NCBI GenBank assembly: GCA_964016885.1
Contig: OZ024744.1
Span: 129,146,001-129,210,000 of the forward strand
Direction: 5' to 3'
Length of the DNA stretch: 64,000 nucleotides
Origin: Eledone cirrhosa
Taxonomy: Eukaryota
In this document: positions 12,227 through 25,000 of the stretch, one piece after another
How the letters are laid out: each line of letters starts with the position of its first letter
Numbering within the stretch: position 1 is the stretch's first letter
Position numbers and translations under genes: made by a program
Notes under the pieces: model-generated
Databases searched by the model: none
Seen by the model: the letters and a program-made list of their open reading frames with translations, nothing else
What the model was told of the DNA's origin: nothing

Positions 12227-13810
12227 AGAATGAATTCATATTCGAAATATATACTTCTGCATTAATCTTTTTACGTTTTTCTGATTTTTTGCATGTTTTG
12301 AAATTTAAAAAAAAAGTAAAAAATTAATGCTTTTACAAATATTTTGAAATATTTACTTTCTGGTTTCAAATTTTGCAAATTAAATTTTTTTCTAAAAAAA
12401 TCAGTTTTCGAAATCAGAAGTTAATATTTCGAAAAACGCAATTTAAAAAACTCATATTAATTTTTTTTCGAATGAAGTTTTTTTATGCTTTTAGAAATAT
12501 TTATATCTGATTTAAAATATTGATTTTTTTAGGTTTACCTTATATAATCAAATTTTTTTAGGTTTTTCGAAATATCTTATATAATCAATTTTTTTTAGGT
12601 TTTTCGAAAAATTTGAGTTCATAGTCGAAATATATACTTCTGCATTAATCTTTGATTTTTGCATGTTTTGAAATTTAAAAAAAACGTAAAAAATTACAAA
12701 TATTTTGAAATATTTACTTTCTGGTTTCAAAGTTTGCAAATTAAATTTTTTTCGAAAAACCTAAAAAAATCAGTTTTCGAAATCAGAAGTTAAAAACGCA
12801 ATTTGAAAAACTCATATTAATTTTTTTTCGAATGAAGTTTTTTATACTTTTAGAAATATTTATATCTGATTACAAATATTGATTTTTTTAGGTTTTTCGA
12901 AAAATCTTATATAATCAATTTTTTTTAGGTTTTTCGAAAAAGAATGAATTTGAGTTCATAGTCGAAATATATATTTCTGCACTAATCTTTTTACGTTTTT
13001 CTGATTTTTTGCATGTTTCGAAATTTAAAAAAAACGTAAAAAATCAATATTTTGAAAAACGCAATTTGAAAAACTCATATTAATTTTTTTTCGAATGAAT
13101 TCTTTCATACTTTTAGAAATATTTATATCTGATTTTAAATATTGATTTTTTTAGGTTTACCTTATATAATCAAATTTTTTTAGGTTTTTCGAAATATCTT
13201 ATATAATCAATTTTTTTTAGGTTTTTCGAAAAAGAATGAATTTGAGTTCATAGTCGAAATATATACTTCTGCATTAATCTTTGATTTTTTGCATGTTTTG
13301 AAATTTAAAAAAAACGTAAAAAATTAATATTTCGAAAAACGCAATTTGAAAAACTCATATTAATTTTTTTTCGAATGAATTCTTTTATACTTTTAGAAAT
13401 ATTTATATCTGATTTTAAATATTGATTTTTTTAGGTTTACCTTATATAATCAAATTTTTTTAGGTTGTTCGAAAAATCTTATATAATCAAATTTTTTTAG
13501 GTTTTTCGAAAAAGAATTTGAGTTCATAGTCGAAATATATACTTCTGCATTAATCTTTTTACGTTTTTCTGATTTTTTGCATGTTTTGAAATTTAAAAAA
13601 AACGTAAAAAATTAATGCTTTTACAAATATTTTGAAATATTTACTTTCTGGTTTCAAATTTTGCAAATTAAATTTTTTTCGAAAAACCTAAAAAAATCAG
13701 TTTTCGAAATCAGAAGTTAATATTTCGAAAAACGCAATTTAAAAAACTCATATTAATTTTTTTTCGAATGAATTCTTTTAGAAATATTTATATCTGATTT
13801 CAAATATTGA
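12227..13810. repeat. Tandem ~280-380-bp hairpin-rich AT unit, 5 copies
   Basis: Marker CGAAATATATA(C/T)TTCTGCA recurs at ~12243, 12627, 12963, 13255, 13531; some copies carry internal deletions. Confidence 0.9.
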
Positions 13811-14213
13811 TTTTTTTAGGTTTACCTTATATAATCAAATTTTTTTAGGTTTTTCAAAAACCTTATATAATCAATTTTTTTTAGGTTTTTCTAAAATCCT
13901 TACATAATCAATTTTTTTTAGGTTTTTTCGAAAAACCTTATATAATCAATTTTTTACGTTTTTAGAAAAACCTTATATAATCAATTTTTTTTATACTTTT
14001 AGAAATATTTATATCTTATTTCAAATATTGATTTTTTTTAGATTTTTCGAAATACCTTATATAATCAATTTTTCTAGGTGTTTCGAAAAACCTTATATAA
14101 TCAATTTTTTTTAGGTTTTTCGAAAGACCTTATATAATCAATTTTTTTTAGGTTTTTCGAAAAACCTTATATAATCAATTTTTTTAGGTTTTTCGACAAC
14201 CTTATATAATCAA
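13811..14213. repeat. ~37-bp palindromic minisatellite, right arm of island 1
   Basis: Same unit and orientation as the left arm, with variants such as GGTGTTTCG, GAAAGACC, CGACAACC. Confidence 0.9.
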
Positions 14214-14988
14214 GTTGAGTTTAAGTTAAGTTGGGATTAAGTTAAGTTGGGGTTAAGTTAAGATGGGGTTAAGTTATGTTGAGGTTAAGTTAAGTTGGGG
14301 TTAAATTAAGTTGGGGTTAAGTTAAGTTGGGGTTAAGTTAAGTTGGGGTTAGGTTAAGTTGGGTTTAAGTTAAGTTGGGGATAAGTTAAGTTGGGGTTAA
14401 GTTAAGTTGGGTTTAAGTTAAGTTGGGGTTAAGTTAAGTTGGGGTTAAGTTAAGTTGGGGTTAAATTAAGTTAGGGTTAAGTTAAGTTGGGGTTGAGTGA
14501 AGTTGGGGTTAAGTTAAGTTGGGGTTAAATTAAGTTAGGGTTAAGTTAAGTTGGGGTTGAGTGAAGTTGGGGTTAAGTTAAGTTGGGGTTAAATTAAGTT
14601 GGGGTTAAGTTTAGTTGGGGTTGAGTTAAGTTGGGGTTAATTTAAGTTGGGGCTAAGTTAATTTGTGGTTAAGTTAAGTTGGGGTTAAGTTAAGTTGGGG
14701 TTAAGTTAAGTTGGGGTTGAGTTAAGTTGGGGTTAAGTTAAGTTGGGTTTAAGTTAAGTTGGGGTTAAATTAAGTTGGGGTTAAATTAAGTTGGGGTTAA
14801 GTTAAGTTGGGGGTAAGTTAAGTTGGGGTTAATTTAAGTTGGGGTTATGTTAAGTTGGGGTTAAGTTAAGTTGGGGTTAAGTTAAGTTGGGGGTAAGTTA
14901 CGTTAGGGCTAAGTTAAGTTGGGGTTAAGTTAAGTTGGTGTTAAGTTAAGTTGGGGGTAAGTTACGTTAGGGCTAAGTTACGTTAGGG

Positions 14989-15205
14989 TTAACTTAACCC
15001 CAACTTAACTTAACCCCAACTTAACTTAGACCCAACTTAACTGAGCCCCAACTTAACTTAACCCCAACGTAACTTAGCCCTAACGTAACTTACCCCCAAC
15101 TTAACTTAACACCAACTTAACTTAACCCCAACTTAACTTACCCCCAACTTAACTTACCCCCAACTTAACTTAACCCCAACTTAACTTAACTTAACCCCAA
15201 CTTAA
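14989..15205 (-). repeat. Inverted satellite segment, copy 2, 217 bp
   Basis: Same internal variants (TTAGACCC, CTGAGCCCC, ACGTAACTTAGCCCTAACGTAAC) and junctions as copy 1. Confidence 0.97.
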
Positions 15206-16251
15206 GTTAAGTTTGGGTTAAGGTTGGGGTTAAATTAAGTTGGGGTTAAGTTAAGTTGGGGTTAAGTTAAGTTGGGGTTAAGTTAAGTTGGGGGTAAGTT
15301 AAGTTGGGGTTAAGTTAAGTTCGGGTTAAGTTAAGTTGGTGTTAAGTTAAGTTGGGGCTGAGTTAAGTTGGGGCTAAGTTAAGTTGGGTCTAAGTTAAGT
15401 TGGGGTTAAGTTAAGTTGGGGTTAAGTTAAGTTGGTGTTAAATTAAGTTGGGGTTAAATTAAGTTGGTGTTAAGTTAAGTTGGGGTTAAGTTAAGTTGGG
15501 GTTAATTAAGTTGGGGTTAAGTTAAGTTGGGGTTAAGTTAATTGGGGTTAAATTAAGTTAGGGTTGAGTTAAGTTGGGGTTAAGTTAAGTTGGGGTTATA
15601 TTAAGTTGGGGTTAAGTTAAGTTGGGGTTAAGTTAAGTTAGGGTTAATTTAAGTTAGGGTTATGTTAAGTTGGGGTTAAGTTAAGTTGGGGTTAAGTTAG
15701 GTTGGTGTTAAGTTAAGTTGGGGTTAAGTTAAGTTGGGGTTATGTTAAGTTGGGGTTAAGTTAAGTTGGGGTTAAGTTAAGTTGGGGTTGAGTTAAGTTG
15801 GGGTTGAGTTAAGTTGGGGTTGAGTGAAGTTGGGGTTAAGTTAAGTTGGGGTTAAATTAAGTTGGGGTTAAATTAAGTTGGGGTTGAGTTAAGTTGGGGT
15901 TAATTTAAGTTGGGGCTAAGTTAATTTGTGGTTAAGTTAAGTTGGGGTTAAGTTAAGTTGGGGTTAAGTTAAGTTGGGGTTGAGTTAAGTAGGGGTTGAG
16001 TTAATTTGGGGTTAAGTTAAGTTGGGGTTAAGTTAAGTTGGGTTTAAGTTAAGTTGGGGTTAAATTAAGTTGGGGTTAAATTAAGTTGGGGTTAAGTTAA
16101 GTTGGGGGTAAGTTAAGTTGGGGGCAAGTTAAGTTGGGGTTAAGTTAAGTTGGGGTTATGTTAAGTTGGGGTTAAGTTAAGTTGGGGTTAAGTTAAGTTG
16201 GGGTTAAGTTAAGTTGGGGGTAAGTTACGTTAGGGCTAAGTTACGTTGGGG

Positions 16252-16467
16252 TTAACTTAACCCCAACTTAACTTAACCCCAACTTAACTTAGACCCAACT
16301 TAACTGAGCCCCAACTTAACTTAACCCCAACGTAACTTAGCCCTAACGTAACTTACCCCAACTTAACTTAACACCAACTTAACTTAACCCCAACTTAACT
16401 TACCCCCAACTTAACTTACCCCCAACTTAACTTAACCCCAACTTAACTTAACTTAACCCCAACTTAA
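16252..16467 (-). repeat. Inverted satellite segment, copy 3, 216 bp
   Basis: Same internal variants and junctions as copy 1. Confidence 0.97.
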
Positions 16468-19400
16468 GTTAAGTTTGGGTTAAGGTTGGGGTTAAATTAA
16501 GTTGGGGTTAAGTTAAGTTGGGGTTAAGTTAAGTTGGGGTTAAGTTAAGTTGGGGTTAAGTTAAGTTGGGGTTAAGTTAAGTTGGTGTTAAGTTAAGTTG
16601 GGGCTGAGTTAAGTTGGGGCTAAGTTAAGTTGGGTCTAAGTTAAGTTGGGGTTAAGTTAAGTTGGGGTTAAGTTAAGTTGGTGTTAAATTAAGTTGGGGT
16701 TAAATTAAGTTGGTGTTAAGTTAAGTCGGGGTTAAGTTAAGTTGGGGTTAATTAAGTTGGGGTTAAGTTAAGTTGGGGTTAAGTTAATTGGTGTTAAATT
16801 AAGTTAGGGTTGAGTTAAGTTGGGGTTAAGTTAAGTTGGGGTTATATTAAGTTGGGGTTAAGTTAAGTTGGGGTTAAGTAAAGTTGGGGTTCAGTTAAGT
16901 TGCGGTTAAGTTAAGTTGGGGTTAAGTTAAGTTAGGCTTAACTTAAGTTGGGGTTAAGTTAAGTTGTGGGTGAGTTAAGTTGGGGGTAAGTTAAGTTGGG
17001 GTTAAGTTAAGTTGGGGTTAAGTTGGGGTTAAGTTAATTTAGGGTTAAGTTAAGTTGGGGTTGAGTTAAGTTGGGGTTAAGTTAAGTGGTGGTTATGTTA
17101 AGTTGGGGTTAAGTTAAGTTGGGGTTAATTTAAATTGGGGTTAATTTAACTTTGCGGTTAAGTTAAGTTAGGGTTAAGTTAAGTTGGGGTTAAGTTAATT
17201 AGGGTTAAGTTAAGTTGGGGTTAAGTTAAGTTGGGGTTAAGTTAAGTTGGGGTTAAGTTAATTTGTGGTTAAGTTAAGTTGGGGTTAAGTTAAGTTGGGG
17301 TTAAGTTAAGTTGGGGATAAGTTAAGTTGAGGATAAGTTAAGTTGGGGTTAATTAAGTTGGGTTTAAGTTAAGTTGGGGTTAAGTTAAGTTGGGGTTAAG
17401 TTAAGTTGGGGTTAAGTTAAGTTGGTTAGTTAAGTTGAGTTTAAGTTAAGTTGGGGTTAATTTAAGTTGGGGTTAAGTTAAGTTGGGGTTAAGTTAATTT
17501 GGGGTTAAGTTAAGTTGGGGTTCAGTTAAGTTGGGGTTAAGTTAAGTTGGGGTTAAGTTGGGGTAAAATTAAGTTGGGGTTAAGTTAAGTTGCGGTTAAG
17601 TTAAAATGAGGTTAAGTTAAGTTGGGGTTAAGTTAAGTTGGGGTTAAGTTAAGTTGGGGCTAAGTTAAGTTGGGGTTAAGTTAACTTTGGGTTAAGTTAA
17701 GTTGGGTTTGAGTTAAGTTGGGGTTAATTAAGTTGGGGTTAAGTTAAGTTGGGGTTAAGTTAAGTTGGGGTTAAGTTAAGTTGATGTTAAGTTAAGTTGG
17801 GGTTAATTTAAGTTGGGGTTAAGTTAAGTTGGGGCTAAGTTAAGTTGGAGCTAAGTTAAGTTGGGGCTAAGTTAAGTTGGGGTTAAGTTAAGTTGGGGTT
17901 AAGTTAAGGTGGGGTTAAGTTAAGTTGGGGTCAACTTAAGTTGGGGTTAAGTTAAGTTGGGGTTAACTTAAGTTGGGGTTAAGTTAAGTTGGGGTTAAGT
18001 TAAGTTGGGGTTAAGTTAAGTTGGGGTTACGTTAAGTTGGGGGTAAGTTAAGTTGGTGGTAAGTTAAGTTGGGGGTAAGTTAAGATGGGGTTAAGTTAGG
18101 GTTAAGTTAAGTTAGGGTTAAGTTAATTTGGGGTTGAGTTAAGTTGGGGTTAAGTTAAGTGGTGGTTATGTTAAGTTGGGGTTAAGTTAAGTTGGGGTTA
18201 ATTTAAATTGGGGTTAATTTAAATTTGTTGTTAAGTTAAGTTGGGGTTAATTTAAGTTGGGGTTAAGTTAAGTTGGGGTTGAGTTAAGTTGGGGTTGAGT
18301 GAAGTTGGGGTTAAGTTAAGTTGGGGTTGAGTTAAGTTGGGGTTAATTTAAGTTGGGGCTAAGTTCATTTGGGGTTCAGTTAAGTTGGGGTTAAATTAAG
18401 TTGGGGTTAAGTTAAGTTGGGGTTAAGTTAAGTTGGGGTTAAGTTAAGTTGGGGTTAAGTGAAGTTAGGGTTAAGTTAAGTTGGGGTTGAGTTAAGTTGG
18501 GGGTAAGTTAAGTTGGGGTTATGTTAAGTTGGGGTTACGTTAAGTTGGGTTTAAGTTAAGTTGGGGTTAAGTTAAGTTGGGGTTAAGTTAAGTTGGGGTT
18601 AATTTAAGTTGGGGTTAAGTTAAGTTGGGATTAATTTAAGTTGGGGTTAAGTTAAGTTGGGGTTAAGTTAAGTTGGGGTTAAATTAAGTTGGGGTTAAGT
18701 TAAGTTGGGGTTAAGTTAAGTTGGGGTTAAGTTAATTTGGGGTTAAGTTAAGTTAGGGTAAAGTTAAGTTGGGGTTGAGTTAAGTTGGGGTAAGTTAAGT
18801 TGGGGTTAAGTTAAGTTGGGGTTAAGTTAAGTTGGGGTTAAGTTAAGTTAGGCTTAACTTAAGTTGGGGTTAAGTTAAGTTGGGGGTGAGTTAAGTTGGG
18901 GGTAAGTTAAGTTGGGGTTAAGTTAAGTTGGGGTTAAGTTGGGGTTAAGTTAAGTTAGGGTTAAGTTAATTTGGGGTTGAGTTAAGTTGGGGTTAAGTTA
19001 AGTGGTGGTTATGTTAAGTTGGGGTTAAGTTAAGTTGGGGTTAATTTAAATTGGGGTTAATTTTAATTTGTTGTTAAGTTAAGTTGGGGTTAATTTAAGT
19101 TGGGGTTAAGTTAAGTTGGGGTTGAGTTAAGTTGGGGCTAATTTAAGTTGGGGCTAAGTTAATTTGGGGTTAAGTTAAGTTGGGGTTAAATTAAGTTGGG
19201 GTTAAGTTAAGTTGGGGTTAAGTTAAGTTGGGGTTAAGTTAATTTGGGGTTAAGTGAAGTTAGGGTTAAGTTAAGTTGGGGCTGAGTTAAGTTGGGGGTA
19301 AGTTAAGTTGGGGTTATGTTAAGTTGGGGTTAAGTTAAGTTGGGGTTAAGTTAAGTTGGGGTTCAGTTAAGTTGCGGTTAAGTTAAGTTGGGGTTAAGTT

Positions 19401-22042
19401 AAGTTGGGGTTAAGTTAAGTTGGGGTTAATTTAAGTTGGGGTTAAGTTAAGTTGGGGTTAAGTTAAGTTGGGGTTAAATTCAGTCGGGGTTAAGTTAAGT
19501 CGGGGTTAAGTTACGTTGGGGTTAAGTTAAGTTGGGGTTAAGTTAAGTTGGGGTTGAGTTAAGTTGGGGTTAAGTTAAGTTGGGGTTAAGTTAAGTTGGG
19601 GTTAAGTTAAGTTGGGGTTAAGTTAAGTTGGGGTTAATTTAAGTTGGGGTTAATTTAAGTTGGGGTTAAGTTAAGTTGGGGTTAAGTTAAGTTGGGGTAA
19701 CGTTAAGTTGGGGGTAAGTTAAGTTGGGGTTAAGTTAAGTTGGGGTTAAGTTGGGGTTAAGTTAAGTTAGGGTTAACTTAAGTTGGGGTTGTGTTAAGTG
19801 GTGGTTATGTTAAGTGGTGGTTATGTTAAGTTGGGGTTAAGTTAAGTTGGGGTTAAGTTAAGTTGGGGTTAAGTTAAGTTGGGGTTAAGTTAATTAGGGT
19901 TAAGTTAAGTTGGGTTTAAGTTAAGTTGGGGTTAAGTTAATTTGTGGTTAAGTTAAGTTAGGGTTAAGTTAAGTTGGGGTTAAGTTAAGTTGGGGATAAG
20001 TTAAGTTGGGGATAAGTTAAGTTGGGGTTAATTAAGTTGGGTTTAAGTTAAGTTGGGGTTAAGTTAAGTCGGGGTTAAGTTAAGTTGGGGTTAAGTTAAG
20101 TTGGTTAGTTAAGTTGAGTTTAAGTTAAGTTGGGGTTAATTTAAGTTGGGGTTAAGTTAAGTTGGGGTTAAGTTAAGTTGGGGTTAAGTTAAGTTGGGGT
20201 TCAGTTAAGTTGGGGTTAAGTTAAGTTGGGGTTAAGTTGGGGTAAAATTAAGTTGGGGTTAAGTTAAGTTGGGGTTAAGTTAAGTTGCGGTTAAGCTAAG
20301 TTGCCGTTAAGTTAAGTTGAGGTTAAGTTAAGTTGGGGTTAAGTTAAGTTGGGGTTAAGTTAAGTTGGGGCTAAGTTAAGTTGGGGCTAAGTTAAGTTGG
20401 GGTTAAGTTAACTTTGGGTTAAGTTAAGTTGGGTTTGAGTTAAGTTGGGGTTAATTAAGTTGGGGTTAAGTTAAGTTGGGGTTAAGTTGGGGTTAAGTTA
20501 AGTTGCGGTTAAGTTAAGTTGATGTTAAGTTAAGTTGGGGTTAAGTTAAGTTGGGGTTAAGTTAAGTTGGGGCTAAGTTAAGTTGGAGCTGAGTTAAGTT
20601 GGGGCTAAGTTAAGTTGGGGTTAAGTTAAGTTGGGGTTAAGTTAAGGTGGGGTTAAGTTAAGTTGGGGTCAACTTAAGTTGGGGTTAAGTTAAGTTGGGG
20701 TTAACTTAAGTTGGGGTTAAGTTAAGTTGGGGTTAAGTTAAGTTGGGGTTAAGTTAAGTTGGGGTTACGTTAAGTTGGGGGTAAGTCAAGTTGGTGTTAA
20801 GTTAAGTTGGCGGTAAGTTAAGATGGGGTTAAGTTAAGTTGGGGTTAATTTAATTTGGGGTTAAGTTAAGTTAGGGTTAAGTTAAGTTGGGGTTGAATTA
20901 AGTTGGGGTTAAGTTAAGTTGGGGTTATGTTAAGTTGGGGTTAAGTTAAGTTGGGGTTAAGTTAAGTTGGGGTTCAATTAAGTTGCGGATAATTTAAGTT
21001 GGGGTTAAGTTAAGTTGGGGTTAAGTTAAGTTGGGGTTAAGTTAAGTTGGGGTTAAATTAAGTTGGGGTTAAATTAAGTTGGGGTTAAGTTAAGTTGGGG
21101 TTATGTTAAGTTGGTGTTAAGTTAAGTTGGGGTTAAGTTAAGTTGGGGTTAAGTTAGGTTGGTGTTAATTTAAGTTGGGGGTAAGTTAAGTTGGGGTAAG
21201 TTAAGTTGGTGTTAAGTTAAGTTGGGGTTAAGTTAAGTTGGGGTTAAGTTAAGTTGGGTTTAAGTTAAGTTGGGGCTAAGTTAAGTTAGGGCTAAGTTAA
21301 GTTGGGGTTAAGTAAAGTTAGGGCTAAGTTAAGTTGGGGTTAAGTTAAGTTGGGGTTAATTTAAGTTGGGGTTACATTAAGTTGATGTTAAGTTAAGTTG
21401 GGGTTAAGTTAAGTTGGGGTTAAGTTAAGTTGGGGTTAAATTAAGTTGGGGTTAAATTAAGTTGGGGTTAAGTTAAGTTGGGGTTAAGTTAGGTTGGTGT
21501 TAAGTTAAGTTGGGGTTAAGTTAATTTGTGGTTAAGTTAAGTTGGGGTTAAGTTAAGTTGGGGTTAAGTTCAGTCGGGGTTAAGTTAAGTCGGGGTTAAG
21601 TTAAGTTGGGGTTAAGTTAAGTTGCGGTTAAGTTAAGTTGGGGTTAAGTTAAGTTGGGGTTAAGTTAATTAGGGTTAAGTTAAGTTGGGGTTAAGTTAAG
21701 TTGGGGTTAAGTTGGGGTTAAGTTAAGTTGGGTTTAAGTTAAGTTGGGGCTAAGTTAAGTTAGGGCTAAGTTAAGTTGGGGTTAAGTTAAGTTGGGGTTA
21801 ATTTAAGTTGGGGTTACATTAAGTTGAGGTTAAGTTAAGTTGTGGTTATGTTAAGTTAGGGTTAATTTAAGTTAGGGTTATGTTAAGTTGGGGTTAAGTT
21901 AAGTTGGGGTTAAGTTAGGTTGGTGTTAAGTTAAGTTGGGGTTAAGTTAAGTTGGGGTTATGTTAAGTTGGGGTTAAGTTAAGTTGGGGTTAAGTTAAGT
22001 TGGGGGTAAGTTAAGTTGGGTTTGAGTTAAGTTGGGGTTAAG

Positions 22043-25000
22043 TTAGGTTTTTCGAAAACCTTATATAATTATTTTTTTTTAGGTTTTTCGAAACACCTTA
22101 TATAATCAATTTTTTTATGTTTTTCGAAAAACCTTATATAATCATTTTTTTTATACTTTTAGAAATATTTATATCTGATTTCAAATATTTATTTTTCTAG
22201 GTTTTTCAAAAAACCTTATATAATCAATTTTTTTTAGGTTTTTCGAAAAATGTTATATAATCAATTTTTTTTAGGTTTTTCGAAAAACCTTATATAATCA
22301 ATTTTTTTTTAGGTTTTTCGAAACACCTTATATAATCAATTTTTTTTAGGTTTTTCGAAAAACCTTATATAATCAATTTTTTTTAGGTTTTTCGAAAAAC
22401 CTTATATAATTAATTTATATCTGATTTCAAATATTGATTTTTTTAGGTTTTTCGAAAACCTTATATAATCAATTTTTTTTAGGTTTTTCGAAAAAGAATG
22501 AATTCATATTCGAAATATATACTTCTGCATTAATCTTTTTACGTTTTTCTGATTTTTTGCATGTTTTGAAATTTAAAAAAAAAGTAAAAAATTAATGCTT
22601 TTACAAATATTTTGAAATATTTACTTTCTGGTTTCAAATTTTGCAAATTAAATTTTTTTCTAAAAAAATCAGTTTTCGAAATCAGAAGTTAATATTTCGA
22701 AAAACGCAATTTAAAAAACTCATATTAATTTTTTTTCGAATGAAGTTTTTTTATGCTTTTAGAAATATTTATATCTGATTTAAAATATTGATTTTTTTAG
22801 GTTTACCTTATATAATCAAATTTTTTTAGGTTTTTCGAAATATCTTATATAATCAATTTTTTTAGGTTTTTCGAAAAATTTGAGTTCATAGTCGAAATAT
22901 ATACTTCTGCATTAATCTTTGATTTTTTGCATGTTTTGAAATTTAAAAAAAACGTAAAAAATTACAAATATTTTGAAATATTTACTTTCTGGTTTCAAAG
23001 TTTGCAAATTAAATTTTTTTCGAAAAACCTAAAAAAATCAGTTTTCGAAATCAGAAGTTAAAAACGCAATTTGAAAAACTCATATTAATTTTTTTTCGAA
23101 TGAAGTTTTTTATACTTTTAGAAATATTTATATCTGATTACAAATATTGATTTTTTTAGGTTTTTCGAAAAATCTTATATAATCAATTTTTTTTAGGTTT
23201 TTCGAAAAAGAATGAATTTGAGTTCATAGTCGAAATATATATTTCTGCACTAATCTTTTTACGTTTTTCTGATTTTTTGCATGTTTCGAAATTTAAAAAA
23301 AACGTAAAAAATCAATATTTTGAAAAACGCAATTTGAAAAACTCATATTAATTTTTTTTCGAATGAATTCTTTCATACTTTTAGAAATATTTATATCTGA
23401 TTTTAAATATTGATTTTTTTAGGTTTACCTTATATAATCAAATTTTTTTAGGTTTTTCGAAAAAGAATGAATTTGAGTTCATAGTCGAAATATATACTTC
23501 TGCATTAATCTTTTTACGTTTTTCTGATTTTTTGTATGTTTTGAAATTTAAAAAAAAACGTTATAAATTAATGCTTTTACAAATATTTTGAAATATTTAC
23601 TTTCTGGTTTCGAAATTTTGCAAATTAAATTTTTTTCGAAAAACCTAAAAAAATCAGTTTTCGAAATCAGAAGTTAATATTTCGAAAAACGCAATTTGAA
23701 AAACTCATATTAATTTTTTTTCGAATGAAGTTTTTTTATGCTTTTAGAAATATTTATATCTGATTTCAAATATTGATTTTTTTTAGGTTTTTCGAAAAAG
23801 AATGAATTTGAGTTCATAGTCGAAATATATATTTCTGCATTGATCTTTGATCTTTTGTATGTTTTGAAATTTAAAAAAAACGTAAAAAATTAATGCTTTT
23901 ACAAATATTTTGAAATATTTACTTTCTGGTTTCAAAGTTTGCAAATTAAATTTTTTTCGAAAAACCTAAAAAAATCAGTTTTCGAAATCAGAAGTTAATA
24001 TTTCGAAAAACGCAATTTGAAAAACTCATATTAATTTTTTTTCGAATGAATTCTTTCATACTTTTAGAAATATTTATATCTGATTTCAAATATTGATTTT
24101 TTTAGGTTTTTCGAAAAATCTTATATAATCAATTTTTTTTAGGTTTTTCGAAAAAGAATGAATTTGAGTTCATAGTCGAAATATATACTTCTGCATTAAT
24201 CTTTGATTTTTTGCATGTTTTGAAATTTAAAAAAAACGTAAAAAATTAATATTTCGAAAAACGCAATTTGAAAAACTCATATTAATTTTTTTTCGAATAA
24301 ATTCTTTTATACTTTTAGAAATATTTATATCTGATTTTAAATATTGATTTTTTTAGGTTTACCTTATATAATCAAATTTTTTTAGGTTGTTCGAAAAATC
24401 TTATATAATCAAATTTTTTTAGGTTTTTCGAAAAAGAATTTGAGTTCATAGTCGAAATATATACTTCTGCATTAATCTTTTTACGTTTTTCTGATTTTTT
24501 GCATGTTTTGAAATTTTAAAAAAACGTAAAAAATTAATGCTTTTACAAATATTTTGAAATATTTACTTTCTGGTTTCAAATTTTGCAAATTAAATTTTTT
24601 TCGAAAAACCTAAAAAAATCAGTTTTCGAAATCAGAAGTTAATATTTCGAAAAACGCAATTTAAAAAACTCATATTAATTTTTTTTCGAATGAATTCTTT
24701 TAGAAATATTTATATCTGATTTTAAATATTGATTTTTTTAGGTTTACCTTATATAATCAAATTTTTTTAGGTTTTTCGAAAAAGAATATGAGTTCATAGT
24801 CGAAATATATACTTCTGCATTAATCTTTTTACGTTTTTCTGATTTTTTGCATGTTTTGAAATTTAAAAAAAACGTAAAAAATTAATGCTTTTACAAATAT
24901 TTTGAAATATTTACTTTCTGGTTTCAAATTTTGCAAATTAAATTTTTTTCGAAAAACCTAAACAAATCAGTTTTCGAAATCAGAAGTTAATATTTCGAAA

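Larger units (their letters stand above)
11629..14213. repeat. AT-rich composite island 1 (~2.6 kb): 37-bp array / ~280-380-bp unit x5 / 37-bp array
   Basis: Abrupt compositional change at GTTAAGTTAGGTTTTTCGAAAACC; returns to satellite at ATAATCAAGTTGAGTTTAAG. Confidence 0.95.
14214..22044 (+). repeat. 16-bp G-rich satellite, block 2 (contains two inverted segments)
   Basis: Same 16-bp consensus and variant vocabulary as block 1. Confidence 0.98.

Noticed and set aside
12548-12739. 63-aa minus-strand ORF
   Set aside because: It lies inside a tandem AT repeat, has a non-ATG start and K/F/I/N-biased composition. The paralogous copy in island 2 has a different T-tract length and is not called as an ORF.
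11640-14210. TATA boxes or intrinsic terminators (TATATAA; hairpin plus T-run)
   Set aside because: These are by-products of the AT-rich repeat unit, with no associated gene.
11629-14213. piggyBac-type or other transposon insertion at TTAA
   Set aside because: No TTAA or other target-site duplication, the island ends are direct rather than inverted, and there is no transposase.
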